64,000 bases of DNA. It comes from an uncultured Chloroflexia bacterium. Its GTDB lineage: Bacteria; Chloroflexota; Limnocylindria; Limnocylindrales; CSP1-4. A program made the translations under genes and the position numbers. The notes below the pieces were generated by a model. That model ran no database searches, was not told the origin of the DNA, and worked only from the letters and a program-made list of their open reading frames with translations. The stretch is taken from assembly GCA_963798955.1 (NCBI GenBank), contig CAWCVO010000003.1, forward strand, positions 6,138-70,137, given 5' to 3'. Below are positions 36,512 through 45,463 of this stretch, piece by piece (position 1 is the first letter of the stretch; the number at the start of each line of letters is the position of its first letter).

Positions 36512-36895
36512 GTGGACTTCACGAGCATCTTGATCGGGTCCGCTGACCCACAACGGTTGGTCGAGTACTACACCAGGATCCTGGGCAAGCCGGCGATGTC
36601 AGACGGCGGCTACACCGGCTGGCTGATCGGCCGGGGGTTCGTCACGGTTGGGCCGCATAGCGAAGTGCACGGCACGAACGGTGAGCCCGGTCGCTTCATC
36701 TGGAACATCGAAACGGCTGACGTGCGTGCCGAGTTCGAACGCATGAAGGCCGCCGGCGCGATCGTGGTGCGTGAGCCGTACGGCTTCGATGCCATGGAAG
36801 GCGCCGAGAACGTGCTCATCGCCACCCTCGCCGATCCCGACGGCAACTATTTCCAACTCATGACGCCCATGTCCCCACCCGACAGCAGCGCTTGA
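36512..36895 (+). CDS. VOC-family protein (glyoxalase/bleomycin-resistance fold).
   Basis: VDFTSILIGSADPQRLVEYYTRILG…ATLADPDGNYFQLM. Start uncertain (GTG 36512, or ATG 36596). Confidence 0.6.
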   Translation: MDFTSILIGSADPQRLVEYYTRILGKPAMSDGGYTGWLIGRGFVTVGPHSEVHGTNGEPGRFIWNIETADVRAEFERMKAAGAIVVREPYGFDAMEGAENVLIATLADPDGNYFQLMTPMSPPDSSA

Positions 36896-37275
36896 TGCTC
36901 GCCGACCACCAGGTCTTCCCCATCCTGCTGTCGACCGACCTCGAGGCAGCCAAAGCCTTCTACCACGACGTCCTCGGGCTCGACATCCTGCGCGAGGATC
37001 GCGGCGACCGCGTCGTCTTTCGCTCCGCCGACACGCGCCTCGCCGTCACCCTGAGCACTGTCGGCACCAGCGATACGCAGACGCAGATGGCCTGGCTCGT
37101 GCCCGACATCCACGCGGCTGTCGCCGACCTGCGCGCCAGGGGCGTACGCATCGAGGAATATGTTGCCCCTGATCCGGTGACGCACGACGGCATCGCCAAC
37201 ATGGGCCACTCGTGGGCCGCCTGGTTCACGGACCCGAGCGGCAACGTCCTCGCCGTGGTTCAACCAACGGGCTGA
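36892..37275 (+). CDS. VOC-family protein (glyoxalase fold).
   Basis: …FPILLSTDLEAAKAFYHDVLGLDILRED…WFTDPSGNVLAVVQP. Start overlaps the previous stop. Confidence 0.65.
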   Translation: MMLADHQVFPILLSTDLEAAKAFYHDVLGLDILREDRGDRVVFRSADTRLAVTLSTVGTSDTQTQMAWLVPDIHAAVADLRARGVRIEEYVAPDPVTHDGIANMGHSWAAWFTDPSGNVLAVVQPTG

Positions 37276-37412
37276 GCTGGCCGAGGGCCAACGCGACCGA
37301 CGCCGCCGGCCGATCGGAGACGTGAGTTGGCCGGTACTTTTGTGGAGTTGGGCGGGGCCCACCTCCGTCCCTAGCCTCTCGCCGGAGTGACTTTCTTAGC
37401 GAGCTGGGAGAG

Positions 37413-39263
37413 GTGAGCGCCGGAGGGGGGTCCTTCGGCGCGCGCGCACACCCGCCCCGGCCGGTCCTGCTGCTGGTCGTCTTCGGCGTCTTTCTGGTTG
37501 TCATCGGGGTCACCGCGACGGCGCAGGCGCTGATGGTGTCCGGTTACTCGTCGCGCACGGCGTTCGACGCCATCATCGGCAGCGACCTGGCCACCGTCCG
37601 TGGCTTCGTGCAGCAGGGCCTCGATCCCCAGTTCGTCAGCGATCCGGCGCTCGCCGACCAGCAGCGGCCGCAGCTCGAGCAGCTCATGGCCACCCTCACC
37701 CGCAAGGGCGAGATCCTGCGCGTCGAGTTGCGCACGCCCGACGGCACGGTCGTGGCCGCGACCGACCCCGCGGCCGACGGCGTGGTCGTTTCGCCGAGCG
37801 ACCAGTTCCAGGCCGCGGTTAACCAGGGCACCGTGGCAGTCGACGAAGTGCCCGTGAGCGAGGCGGACACGGCGCCGGGCAACCTCGCGGCAGCCAACGT
37901 GCTGCGTGAGTACCTGCCCCTCAGCCTGAACGGACACGTGGTGCTGGTCGTGGGCGTGTGGCGCGACGCGCAACCCATCCTCCAGGCACTCGACGGCCTG
38001 CGCGGCGACGTGGTGCTGGTCATCCTGAGCGCGGCGCTGATCATCGCGTTGATGCTCTTCTTCATCTTCCGCGCCGCCCAGGGACGCATCTCGCGTCAGA
38101 CATCCGCGCTGATCGAGGCCAGCCGGCGCGACCCGCTGACCGGGACGCTCAGCCATGGTGCCGTGGTGGGCCTGTTGGCGCAGGAGATCGAGCATGCGCG
38201 CGAGACGGATGCCACGCTCGACGTCGCGCTGCTCGATGTCGATAACTTCCGCCTGGTCAATGACACGCACACCCACCGCGCCGGCGACGAGGTGCTCCTG
38301 ACCGTGGCTCGGGAGATAACCGAAGAGCTGCCGGCGGAGATGGTCGTCGGCCGCTACGGGCCCGATGAATTCCTCGTCATCAGGCCGGCCGACTCCGCGT
38401 CAGACCTGGTGGCGATCGTCGAGCGCATCCGGGAGCGCCTGGCGGGTATGGGCGTTGCCTTTGAATCGACGGAGCAGCTGCCCATCACGGTCAGTGCCGG
38501 CGTCTGCTCTTATCCGGAGCACGCCGCGTCCGTTACGGCGCTGTTGTCGCTCGCCGCCCAGACCCTGCACGAAGCCAAGGCGAGCGGCGGCGACATGGTC
38601 CGTGTCGCCGGCCGGGATGCGGCCGAGGGGCAGTCAGTCGACTCGCGCTTCGACGTCCTGCAGGGCCTCGTTTTCGCGGTCGACACCAAGGACCACTACA
38701 CCAGGCGTCACTCGCAGGATGTCGCGCGCTACGCGGTCTTCCTGGGCCAGCAGGTCGGGCTCGACAAGGACAAGTTGCGCACGCTGCATATCGCCGGGCT
38801 GCTGCACGACATCGGCAAGATCGGTATCCCGGATCAGGTCCTGCGCAAGCCGGGCCGGCTGAGCCGCGAGGAAACCGACATCGTCAAGCAGCATGTGGCT
38901 CTGGGCGACCTGATCGTGCGCGAACTTCCGGACATCGCCGTCGTTCGTGCCGGGATTCGCAACCACCACGAACGCTGGGATGGCAACGGCTACCTCGAAG
39001 GGCTGGCCGGCCACGATATCCCGCTCGTGGCGCGCATCCTGGCCGTGGCTGATGCGTTCTCGGCGATGACCACCACACGGCCGTATCGCAAGGCCCTCGA
39101 CGTGCGCGAGGCGCTGACCCGACTCGGCGACGCTACGGGGGGCCAGCTGGACGAGCGTCTCGTGCTCGCCTTCATCCACGGACTCGAGACGGCGGCCGAC
39201 GCGCCCATTCCCAATGCCGACATCCCGCCGCACACGCTGTGGGTCCCACGTCTCGCCGCCTGA
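37413..39263 (+). CDS. Membrane sensory protein with GGDEF (diguanylate cyclase) and HD-GYP (c-di-GMP phosphodiesterase) domains.
   Basis: N-terminal TM plus periplasmic sensor and a second TM. GGDEF (RYGPDEFLVI). HD-GYP (…LLHDIGKIGIPDQVLRKPGRL…HHERWDGNGY…). Confidence 0.85.
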   Translation: MSAGGGSFGARAHPPRPVLLLVVFGVFLVVIGVTATAQALMVSGYSSRTAFDAIIGSDLATVRGFVQQGLDPQFVSDPALADQQRPQLEQLMATLTRKGEILRVELRTPDGTVVAATDPAADGVVVSPSDQFQAAVNQGTVAVDEVPVSEADTAPGNLAAANVLREYLPLSLNGHVVLVVGVWRDAQPILQALDGLRGDVVLVILSAALIIALMLFFIFRAAQGRISRQTSALIEASRRDPLTGTLSHGAVVGLLAQEIEHARETDATLDVALLDVDNFRLVNDTHTHRAGDEVLLTVAREITEELPAEMVVGRYGPDEFLVIRPADSASDLVAIVERIRERLAGMGVAFESTEQLPITVSAGVCSYPEHAASVTALLSLAAQTLHEAKASGGDMVRVAGRDAAEGQSVDSRFDVLQGLVFAVDTKDHYTRRHSQDVARYAVFLGQQVGLDKDKLRTLHIAGLLHDIGKIGIPDQVLRKPGRLSREETDIVKQHVALGDLIVRELPDIAVVRAGIRNHHERWDGNGYLEGLAGHDIPLVARILAVADAFSAMTTTRPYRKALDVREALTRLGDATGGQLDERLVLAFIHGLETAADAPIPNADIPPHTLWVPRLAA

Positions 39264-40475
39264 CGGGCCGCCTCGCGACGCTCAGCGGCGCCGCCATTGC
39301 CTGCCTGTTGCTCGCCATCCCGGTGCTGGCCGCCCGATCCTTTTCGGTGGTTGCCGACCAGCTCGACCTCTACGCCGGCACTACGACGACCATCACCATC
39401 ACCGTGACCAATACCGGCGACAGCGGCGGCGGCTCGGAAATCACGTGCCTGCAGTTCCATATTGGGAACCAGCTTCGACGTTAACTCCGCCGCCGTCGTA
39501 TCGGTGCGTGGCCAGACGTCGGGAACCGAATACGACTCCTGGGAGGTGATCTGGACCGGCGGCAACATCGTGACGTTCAAGGAGCCCAAGGACAAATATC
39601 CGCTCGTCGGTAGCAGCCCGCCCATCGACAAGGCCGTCTTCCGGATCCGCGGGACAGCCAACGTGATTGGTGCCATGACCTGGCCGGTCAGTGCCTTTGA
39701 CCACCCCGGATCGAAGGACGGCACCGACTGTGGTAGCGGCGGGTCTTCCAATTCGCTGGTGTTCGTCGTTCTGCCCTCGATCCTCCCGACACCGACCCCG
39801 ACCTCGACTCCGACGCCAACCCCCACCCCGACTCCAACCCGCACACCGACGCCGACGCCGACTCCAAAACCGACGCCAACACCCAGTCCCACACCCACCC
39901 GCACACCGACGCCGACGCCGACTCCAAAACCGACGCCAACACCCAGTCCCACACCCACCCGCACACCGACGCCGCGGCCCACGCCGACGCCCACGTCGAC
40001 CGTCGCGCCGAGGTCACCATCGCCCACGCCGCGCCCGAGCGCACCGGCGAGTGAAACTCCGTCCCCTTCCGCAGCGCCGTCGGCGAGCGCTACACCGCCG
40101 CCGACCACCAGTCCGACTGCCACCTCTCCGGCGACACCAACGCTCTCCGCATCGCCGTCGGCCAGCCCACCGGCACCGACCACCACGCCGACGCGACCCG
40201 CGGAAGTGCCCCTTTCCGTCTCGAGCGGTACTGGCGGAGGCACCGGCGCGGCACCCGTTATGGGCATGGACACCGTGGTCACCACGGCCCTCGGCGACCT
40301 GCCCGGAGGCATGCTCGCCTGGAGCTACCCGGCGCTGATCAGCGGCGTGCCGGGCCTGCTCCTCTTGTTGGCGATCGCCGCACAGGCGATGGGTGCGCTG
40401 GCGTGGATCCCCGTCGTGCGCCGATCGCTAGCGGGTGTCGGCGTCGACAAGCGCCGCGACAAGCCGCGAGCCTGA
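39239..40475 (+). CDS. Secreted Pro/Thr-rich repeat protein with a C-terminal hydrophobic segment plus basic tail. Contains a single-base frameshift near 39462-39470.
   Basis: Track ORF 39239..39484 carries a signal peptide and the start of a β-rich domain (…[28 protein letters not shown]). Track ORF 39462..40475 continues the same domain in another frame ([16 protein letters not shown]…), then about 150 aa of (T/P/S) repeats, then …[58 protein letters not shown]. The frames meet at gggaacc, where one extra base is inferred. Confidence 0.5.
39841..39974 (+). repeat. Perfect 60-bp tandem repeat (2.2 copies) encoding the [20 protein letters not shown] linker.
   Basis: Sequence lines 39841-39900 and 39901-39960 are identical, and a third partial copy follows. 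Confidence 0.9.
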
Positions 40476-40530
40476 TCCGCCCGGGCCTGCGCGCCGCCCT
40501 CGCTACTCAGGACGAATGCCCAACTTTCGC

Positions 40531-40775
40531 GTTTTGCACGTCATTTGCACACCGGTCGCCTGAATTGGGTTGATTCGCCAGCTGCGTGGCTGCCTCACGA
40601 CCAATTCGCACGTTTGCCGTGCGCACCCGGGCCGTTGACTGGGCACTCTGGACGAACCGGCGTCGCCACCGGAGTCGGTCACGTGCATATGACGTGCAAA
40701 AGTGCGCGGCTTGGGCGGCCAGCGCAGGCCGCGCTCTCTCGCCCGGCAACTGCCCTGGCTCGCGCGTTTGCACGC
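40531..40775. promoter_or_regulatory. Cluster of TTTGCAC(G) motifs and a 13-bp inverted repeat (TTTTGCACGTCAT … ATGACGTGCAAAA) in the 375-bp intergenic region upstream of the sortase-like gene. Putative operator array.
   Basis: TTTGCAC occurs at 40533, 40544, 40767 and as its reverse complement at 40694. A variant TTTGCCG is at 40613. A near-palindrome GTCACGTGCATATGACGTGCA lies at about 40680-40700. Confidence 0.35.
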
Positions 40776-40851
40776 TTCTAGTCCCATCGTGTGCGGTTAG
40801 GGGCCCATTGGTTCAGGTGTAACGGCCGCCTGGGCACGCTTCCCTTGGGCC

Positions 40852-41652
40852 ATGTACTGGAAGCCACTCCTGCTCGCCCTCGCGGCGTTGCTGTCAGTGA
40901 CCGGCCCGACCCCACCCGGCCCATCGGCGCCACTCGTCGCACCCAGCCAGGCCGTGGCGCCACTCCCCAATCCGGTTGCGCCATTCGCGCTCGTCACGTG
41001 GTACCCGACGACCGTCCCTCACTCCGTGATGCCCATCGGCACGACGATCGCCGGCGATGCCGTGACGGTCCAACCGGAAGCATCGCTCGGGCCAAGCCCG
41101 CGGCCGGTTGCCGACCCGACGCCAAAGCCGGGCACGGATCCGACGCCGAAGCCGACCCCCAAGCCCACTCCCAAGCCGCGGCCTACCCCGACGCCGACCC
41201 CCAAGCCGCCCAAGCCCAAGCCCGATCCGAGCACGTTCCAAGGTTCGAGCCACTTCTGGTATCCGGCGCTGGGCATCGACGCCAGCTGGCGCTGGTACGG
41301 GTGTCAGTACGGCGGCGGGGTGAACGGCTTGGGCGCCGGCGTGTACCGCTACGCATGCGTCGACAACTCGAACATCTACATCCTGGGCCACGCATGGAGC
41401 ACATTCCGCAAGGTCATGAACGGCTACCACTCGGGCGCCATGCAGGTGGGCCAGAACGTGTGGTACGCCAGCGCGGACGGCAAGGTCAGTGAATGGAAGG
41501 TCAAGTGGATCCGCCACGTGACCGACGCCTACCTCGAGAGCTCGTACTGGAAGTGGGCAACGAACGCTTCGCCGACGCCGATCATGACGCTGCAGACGTG
41601 CGATGGCCGCTACAGCCAGTTCCGCATCATCGTTCGGCTCGTCCCGGCCTGA
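40852..41652 (+). CDS. Sortase-family transpeptidase (class-F-like), secreted/membrane-associated with a Pro-rich linker.
   Basis: Signal/TM (MYWKPLLLALAALLSVTG), a PT/PK linker ([28 protein letters not shown]), then a catalytic-domain pattern: His in IYILGHAWS, Cys in IMTLQTCDG (TLxTC motif), Arg in FRIIVRL. Confidence 0.5.
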   Translation: MYWKPLLLALAALLSVTGPTPPGPSAPLVAPSQAVAPLPNPVAPFALVTWYPTTVPHSVMPIGTTIAGDAVTVQPEASLGPSPRPVADPTPKPGTDPTPKPTPKPTPKPRPTPTPTPKPPKPKPDPSTFQGSSHFWYPALGIDASWRWYGCQYGGGVNGLGAGVYRYACVDNSNIYILGHAWSTFRKVMNGYHSGAMQVGQNVWYASADGKVSEWKVKWIRHVTDAYLESSYWKWATNASPTPIMTLQTCDGRYSQFRIIVRLVPA

Positions 41653-41678
41653 CCGACTGATACTCGTAAACTGCCGCG

Positions 41679-42434
41679 ATGTTCGACGTCGCGGCGGACG
41701 CCTACGACGGGTTCATGGGCCGCTGGTCGCGGCTGCTTGCCCCCCGGCTGGCCGACTTCGCCGGCATTCGCGCGGGCCAGCGGGTCCTCGATGTCGGTGC
41801 CGGGACAGGCATGCTGACTGCCGAGCTGGCTTCGCGACTGGGCCCGGCGAACGTGGTTGCGGTCGAGCCTTCTGAGCCCTTCGCCGCAGCCTTGCGGCGG
41901 CGCTTGCCGGGGATCGACGTCCACCAGGCGCCCGCCGAAAACCTGCCGCTGGCGGACGCGACGTTTGACGCGGCGCTCGCCCAGCTGGTCGTCCACTTCA
42001 TGTCCGATCCCGTCACCGGCCTGCGTGAGATGGCGCGCGTGACGCGCCGCGGCGGCATCGTTACGGCGTGCGTCTGGGACTTCGCCGGCGGTCGCGACGC
42101 GCTTGCCGATTTCTGGGCGTGCGCCCGAGAACTGTTCCCGGGTGTGCATGACGAGTCGCTCCGCGCCGGTACCCGAGCTGGTCACTTGAGCGAACTGCTG
42201 TCTGCCGCCGGGTTGGTCGAGGTCGAGGAAGAGCCGCTGACCGTCCACCTCGCGATTCCGACGTTCGCCGAGTGGTGGACGCCTTTCGAGCACGGCGTAG
42301 GTCCCGCGGGCGCCTTCCTCGCCACTCTCGGCGACGGCGAGCGCGCGGCGCTCCGCCGAGGGTGCCTCGTCCGGGTGGGTGACGGGCCGCTCGACCTCAG
42401 CGGCACCGCCTGGGCTGCGCGCGGCCGGCGCTAG
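41679..42434 (+). CDS. Class I SAM-dependent methyltransferase.
   Basis: Motif I VLDVGAGTGMLT, plus post-I and II motifs. Confidence 0.8.
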   Translation: MFDVAADAYDGFMGRWSRLLAPRLADFAGIRAGQRVLDVGAGTGMLTAELASRLGPANVVAVEPSEPFAAALRRRLPGIDVHQAPAENLPLADATFDAALAQLVVHFMSDPVTGLREMARVTRRGGIVTACVWDFAGGRDALADFWACARELFPGVHDESLRAGTRAGHLSELLSAAGLVEVEEEPLTVHLAIPTFAEWWTPFEHGVGPAGAFLATLGDGERAALRRGCLVRVGDGPLDLSGTAWAARGRR

Positions 42435-43294
42435 CCGGCGAGGGCCTCGCGCAGCCGTCGCGCAAATTCGTCGACGTCACTTGGCTCCCACTCGCTGTTC
42501 AGGAAGCCGCCGTGGCCGCCGGGGAACACGACGACCGGGGCGCCCACGCGCTCACCCACCAGGTATGCGCCACGGTTGGCCATCTGGCCAGTCGAAGCTT
42601 CCCCGGCCGCGGGCACCACGCGCGTCGAAGCGGCGCGCAACGCGTCCCACTTCGGCTGGTAGCTGGTCATTTCCACCATGCTCGGCCCCATCAGCGGGTC
42701 GGTCCGTGTGCCGTCGTCCTGTGTGGGCATGCCGAACATCTGTGGGTCGGGCGCGGGCTGGGCGACGACGTCTGCCGTGAACGGACCACGGTGGCTGGTG
42801 ATGGAAATGAAGTGAGCCATGCCGGCGCCAAAGCCGCCCCGTTCATAGGTCTCGTGAACGGCGCGCACTGCCGCGATGGCCTGATCGGCGTCGGGCAGCG
42901 CCCCGGCAAGCGGTGGCTCGTGCATCACGGCGGTGCACACGTCCTCGGGATGAGCCGCAACGAGCGCGAGCGCATTGATCGCGCCGCCGCTGCTGGCGAA
43001 CAGGTCAACAGGCCCAACGCCTACAGCCTGGATCACGCGGTGGATGTCCTCGGCGTGTTCGGCCGGTCCGGTGGCGGCCGCCGGATCGACCTTCGTGCTG
43101 CGTTCCGAGCCGCGCGGATCGTATGTGACCACAGTGCGGTCCGCGAACCGCGCGGCGAGGTCACCAAAACCACTCGCGGCCATCGGTGAGCCGATCAGGA
43201 ACAGGGGGCGCTCGCCGCTGGCAGGGCCCTGGCGCACGTCGTATGCCAGCGTTGCGCCGGGGGCGCTGATGCTGTGGCTAAACGGTTCATTCAC
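42431..43294 (-). CDS. Alpha/beta-hydrolase fold protein.
   Basis: Nucleophile elbow FASSGGAINA (GxSxG) with the LFLIGSPMAA… HGGF pattern. GTG start 43294 is preceded by GAGGG. Confidence 0.75.
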   Translation of the reverse strand: MNEPFSHSISAPGATLAYDVRQGPASGERPLFLIGSPMAASGFGDLAARFADRTVVTYDPRGSERSTKVDPAAATGPAEHAEDIHRVIQAVGVGPVDLFASSGGAINALALVAAHPEDVCTAVMHEPPLAGALPDADQAIAAVRAVHETYERGGFGAGMAHFISITSHRGPFTADVVAQPAPDPQMFGMPTQDDGTRTDPLMGPSMVEMTSYQPKWDALRAASTRVVPAAGEASTGQMANRGAYLVGERVGAPVVVFPGGHGGFLNSEWEPSDVDEFARRLREALAG

Positions 43295-43388
43295 GGCGTT
43301 GCCCTCGTGTCTTGCCGTGCCGGGTGGACGGGCGGCCACACATCACGGTAATCGGTGGTAGAAGGTGTGTGCGATCAAGGAGGCACGA

Positions 43389-43736
43389 ATGTCCGACAAC
43401 CAACCCATCAGCTGGCGCGCAGTCGTCTACGGCACGCGGGTCGTCGATGCGAGCGGCGCGAAGATCGGGTCCGTCCGTGAGATGCTGGGCTCAGACGTGG
43501 AGGACATCTTCCACGGCATCCGCGTGGCGATCCCCGAACACCACGATGTCCTGCTCGACGCCGAGGCAATCAGCGTCATGACCCCGGCCGCCGTCACGAC
43601 TTCACTGTCATCCGCGGCCGTCGGCGCCCTGCCGCCGTACGACGACGAGGCCACGTACCACCTTGCGTCGGTGGGTTGGCTGCGCCGCCACCTCGGCTGG
43701 AAGCGCGACTCGAACAGCGACGAGGAGCCCGGCTAG
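43389..43736 (+). CDS. Hypothetical protein (PRC-barrel/DUF2171-like).
   Basis: MSDNQPISWRAVVYGTRVVDASGAKIGSVREMLGSDVEDIFHGIRV… resembles small PRC-barrel proteins. Weak call. Confidence 0.4.
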   Translation: MSDNQPISWRAVVYGTRVVDASGAKIGSVREMLGSDVEDIFHGIRVAIPEHHDVLLDAEAISVMTPAAVTTSLSSAAVGALPPYDDEATYHLASVGWLRRHLGWKRDSNSDEEPG

Positions 43737-43747
43737 CTGAACTACAG

Positions 43748-45433
43748 CTAGCTCACTTCACTCGGCAGCGGAAACCAGCGCAGGGACTCGAAGTCGAGGT
43801 CCAACTCCGGATCGATCGGCGCCAGCGGCGCCGACGGCGGCCCGGCCAACAGGGTGCTTGCCTCATCGAGGTAGGCGGCCAGCCGTGCCACCGGTTCGCG
43901 ATGCCGGTGGGCTGCGTAGCTCATTCGCCCGCTCCGGTAGTCGATGTCAAGAAGGCTCAGTGGTGGCTCGGCCTGGCCGGCGGCATGGCGCCACAGGCCG
44001 GTCGCGGGGACGAATCGGTACTGCGGCAGCAGCTTCCAGCCGTCGCTGGCGACGATCTCGACCGCGTTGAGGATGAAGTCGAAGACGGTCTCTTCGATGA
44101 AGTAGTTGAAGTTCACACGCACCCAACCCGGCTTAATGCCCTCGCAGCCGCGCCCGATGGCGCGCTCGAACTCGTGCGATTTCTCGATGTCGATGCCGAG
44201 CAGGCGGTGGCCGTACGGACCGGCACATGAGCAGCCGCCGCGCGACTGGATACCGAAGAGGTCGTTGAGCACGGCGACGACGAAGTTGTGGTGCAGGTAG
44301 CGGCCGCGGTGGCGGATGACGAAGGAGACGATCGACAGCCGCTCGGCCTCCTGGTTGCCCAGGATCTCGATGTTCGGGTGATGCCCCCAGCGCTCGATCG
44401 CACGCCGAATGAACGACTCCTCGCGGGCGCGTATCGCGTCCACGCCCACCCGCTCCTTCAGCTGGAAGACCAGGCCGGCCCGGATCGACTCGAGGATCGC
44501 GGGCGTGCCACCCTCCTCGCGGTGTTCCGGGTCGTCCAGGTAGACGTGTTCTTCGGGGTTCACGTACGCCACCGTGCCGCCGCCGACGACGGCGGGCACC
44601 GTATTGCGCAGCAGCTCACGGCGCGCCAGTAGGACGCCGGGTGTGCCCGGTCCGCCGATCAGCTTGTGCGGCGACACGACGATGGCGTCCTTGTAGTCGA
44701 GTGGGTCACCGTCGCGGTGCGGGCTCATCTCCACTTCAACATAGGGCGCCGCGGCGGCGAAATCCCAGAACGACAGGGCACCGTGGCCGTGAAGCAGGCT
44801 GGAGATGGCGTGCGTGTCGGACACGATCCCGGTGACATTGCTCGCCGCGGAAAAGCTGCCGATCTTGAGCATGCGGCCGGAATAGTGCTCAAGGCTTCGC
44901 TCCAGCTCAGCCAGGTCCACGTGCCCGTCGGCATCCTCGTGGATGGTCACCACGTCGGCGATCGACTCGCGCCAGGGCAATTCGTTCGAGTGATGCTCGA
45001 ACGGCCCGATGAACACGACCGGTCGCTCCTGCGGCGGAATGGCGCTCATCAGTTGGTAGCGTGCGGCGAGGTCGGCGGGCAGGCGCAGGTTGAGGATGGC
45101 GACCAGCCGGTCGACTGCGCCGGTCGAGCCCGAGCCGCAGAAGATCAGCGCGTGCTCCCGTTGGTTGCCGCCCAGCGCGTCACGGACGATGCGTCGCGCA
45201 TCCTCGCGAAATCGGGTGGTCTGCAGCCCGGTGCCGCTCGACTCCGTGTGCGTATTGGCATACAGCGGCATGACCGCGTCGCGCAGGTAGTCCTCGATGA
45301 AGCCGAGGCTACGGCCTGAGGCCGTGTAGTCGGCATAGGTGACGCGGCGCAGGCCGAATGGTCCGGCCACTGCCTCGTCGTCGCCAATGACCGAGGCGCG
45401 GATCAACTCGATGAGTGTCTGTGGGTCCGCCAA
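43748..45433 (-). CDS. Aminotransferase class V-fold PLP-dependent enzyme (cysteine-desulfurase-like).
   Basis: 561 aa with …YADYTASGRSLGFIEDYL…ANTHTESSGTG…IFCGSGSTGA…SPHKLIGGPGTPG… (PLP Lys in the SPHK context). Confidence 0.8.
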   Translation of the reverse strand: MADPQTLIELIRASVIGDDEAVAGPFGLRRVTYADYTASGRSLGFIEDYLRDAVMPLYANTHTESSGTGLQTTRFREDARRIVRDALGGNQREHALIFCGSGSTGAVDRLVAILNLRLPADLAARYQLMSAIPPQERPVVFIGPFEHHSNELPWRESIADVVTIHEDADGHVDLAELERSLEHYSGRMLKIGSFSAASNVTGIVSDTHAISSLLHGHGALSFWDFAAAAPYVEVEMSPHRDGDPLDYKDAIVVSPHKLIGGPGTPGVLLARRELLRNTVPAVVGGGTVAYVNPEEHVYLDDPEHREEGGTPAILESIRAGLVFQLKERVGVDAIRAREESFIRRAIERWGHHPNIEILGNQEAERLSIVSFVIRHRGRYLHHNFVVAVLNDLFGIQSRGGCSCAGPYGHRLLGIDIEKSHEFERAIGRGCEGIKPGWVRVNFNYFIEETVFDFILNAVEIVASDGWKLLPQYRFVPATGLWRHAAGQAEPPLSLLDIDYRSGRMSYAAHRHREPVARLAAYLDEASTLLAGPPSAPLAPIDPELDLDFESLRWFPLPSEVS

Positions 45434-45463
45434 GTGCGCGCTCCCCGCTGCTGGCCAACCAGT

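Noticed and set aside
39780-40010. Regularly spaced short repeats, possibly a CRISPR-like array.
   Set aside because: The repeats are contiguous 60-bp coding tandem units (PT linker) with no spacers. Not a CRISPR array.
38990-40312. 440-aa minus-strand ORF rich in Gly/Val/Arg.
   Set aside because: It is the antisense shadow of the Pro/Thr-repeat gene. Composition is low-complexity (GVGVGVR… mirrors the PTPTPT codons) with no homology signal.
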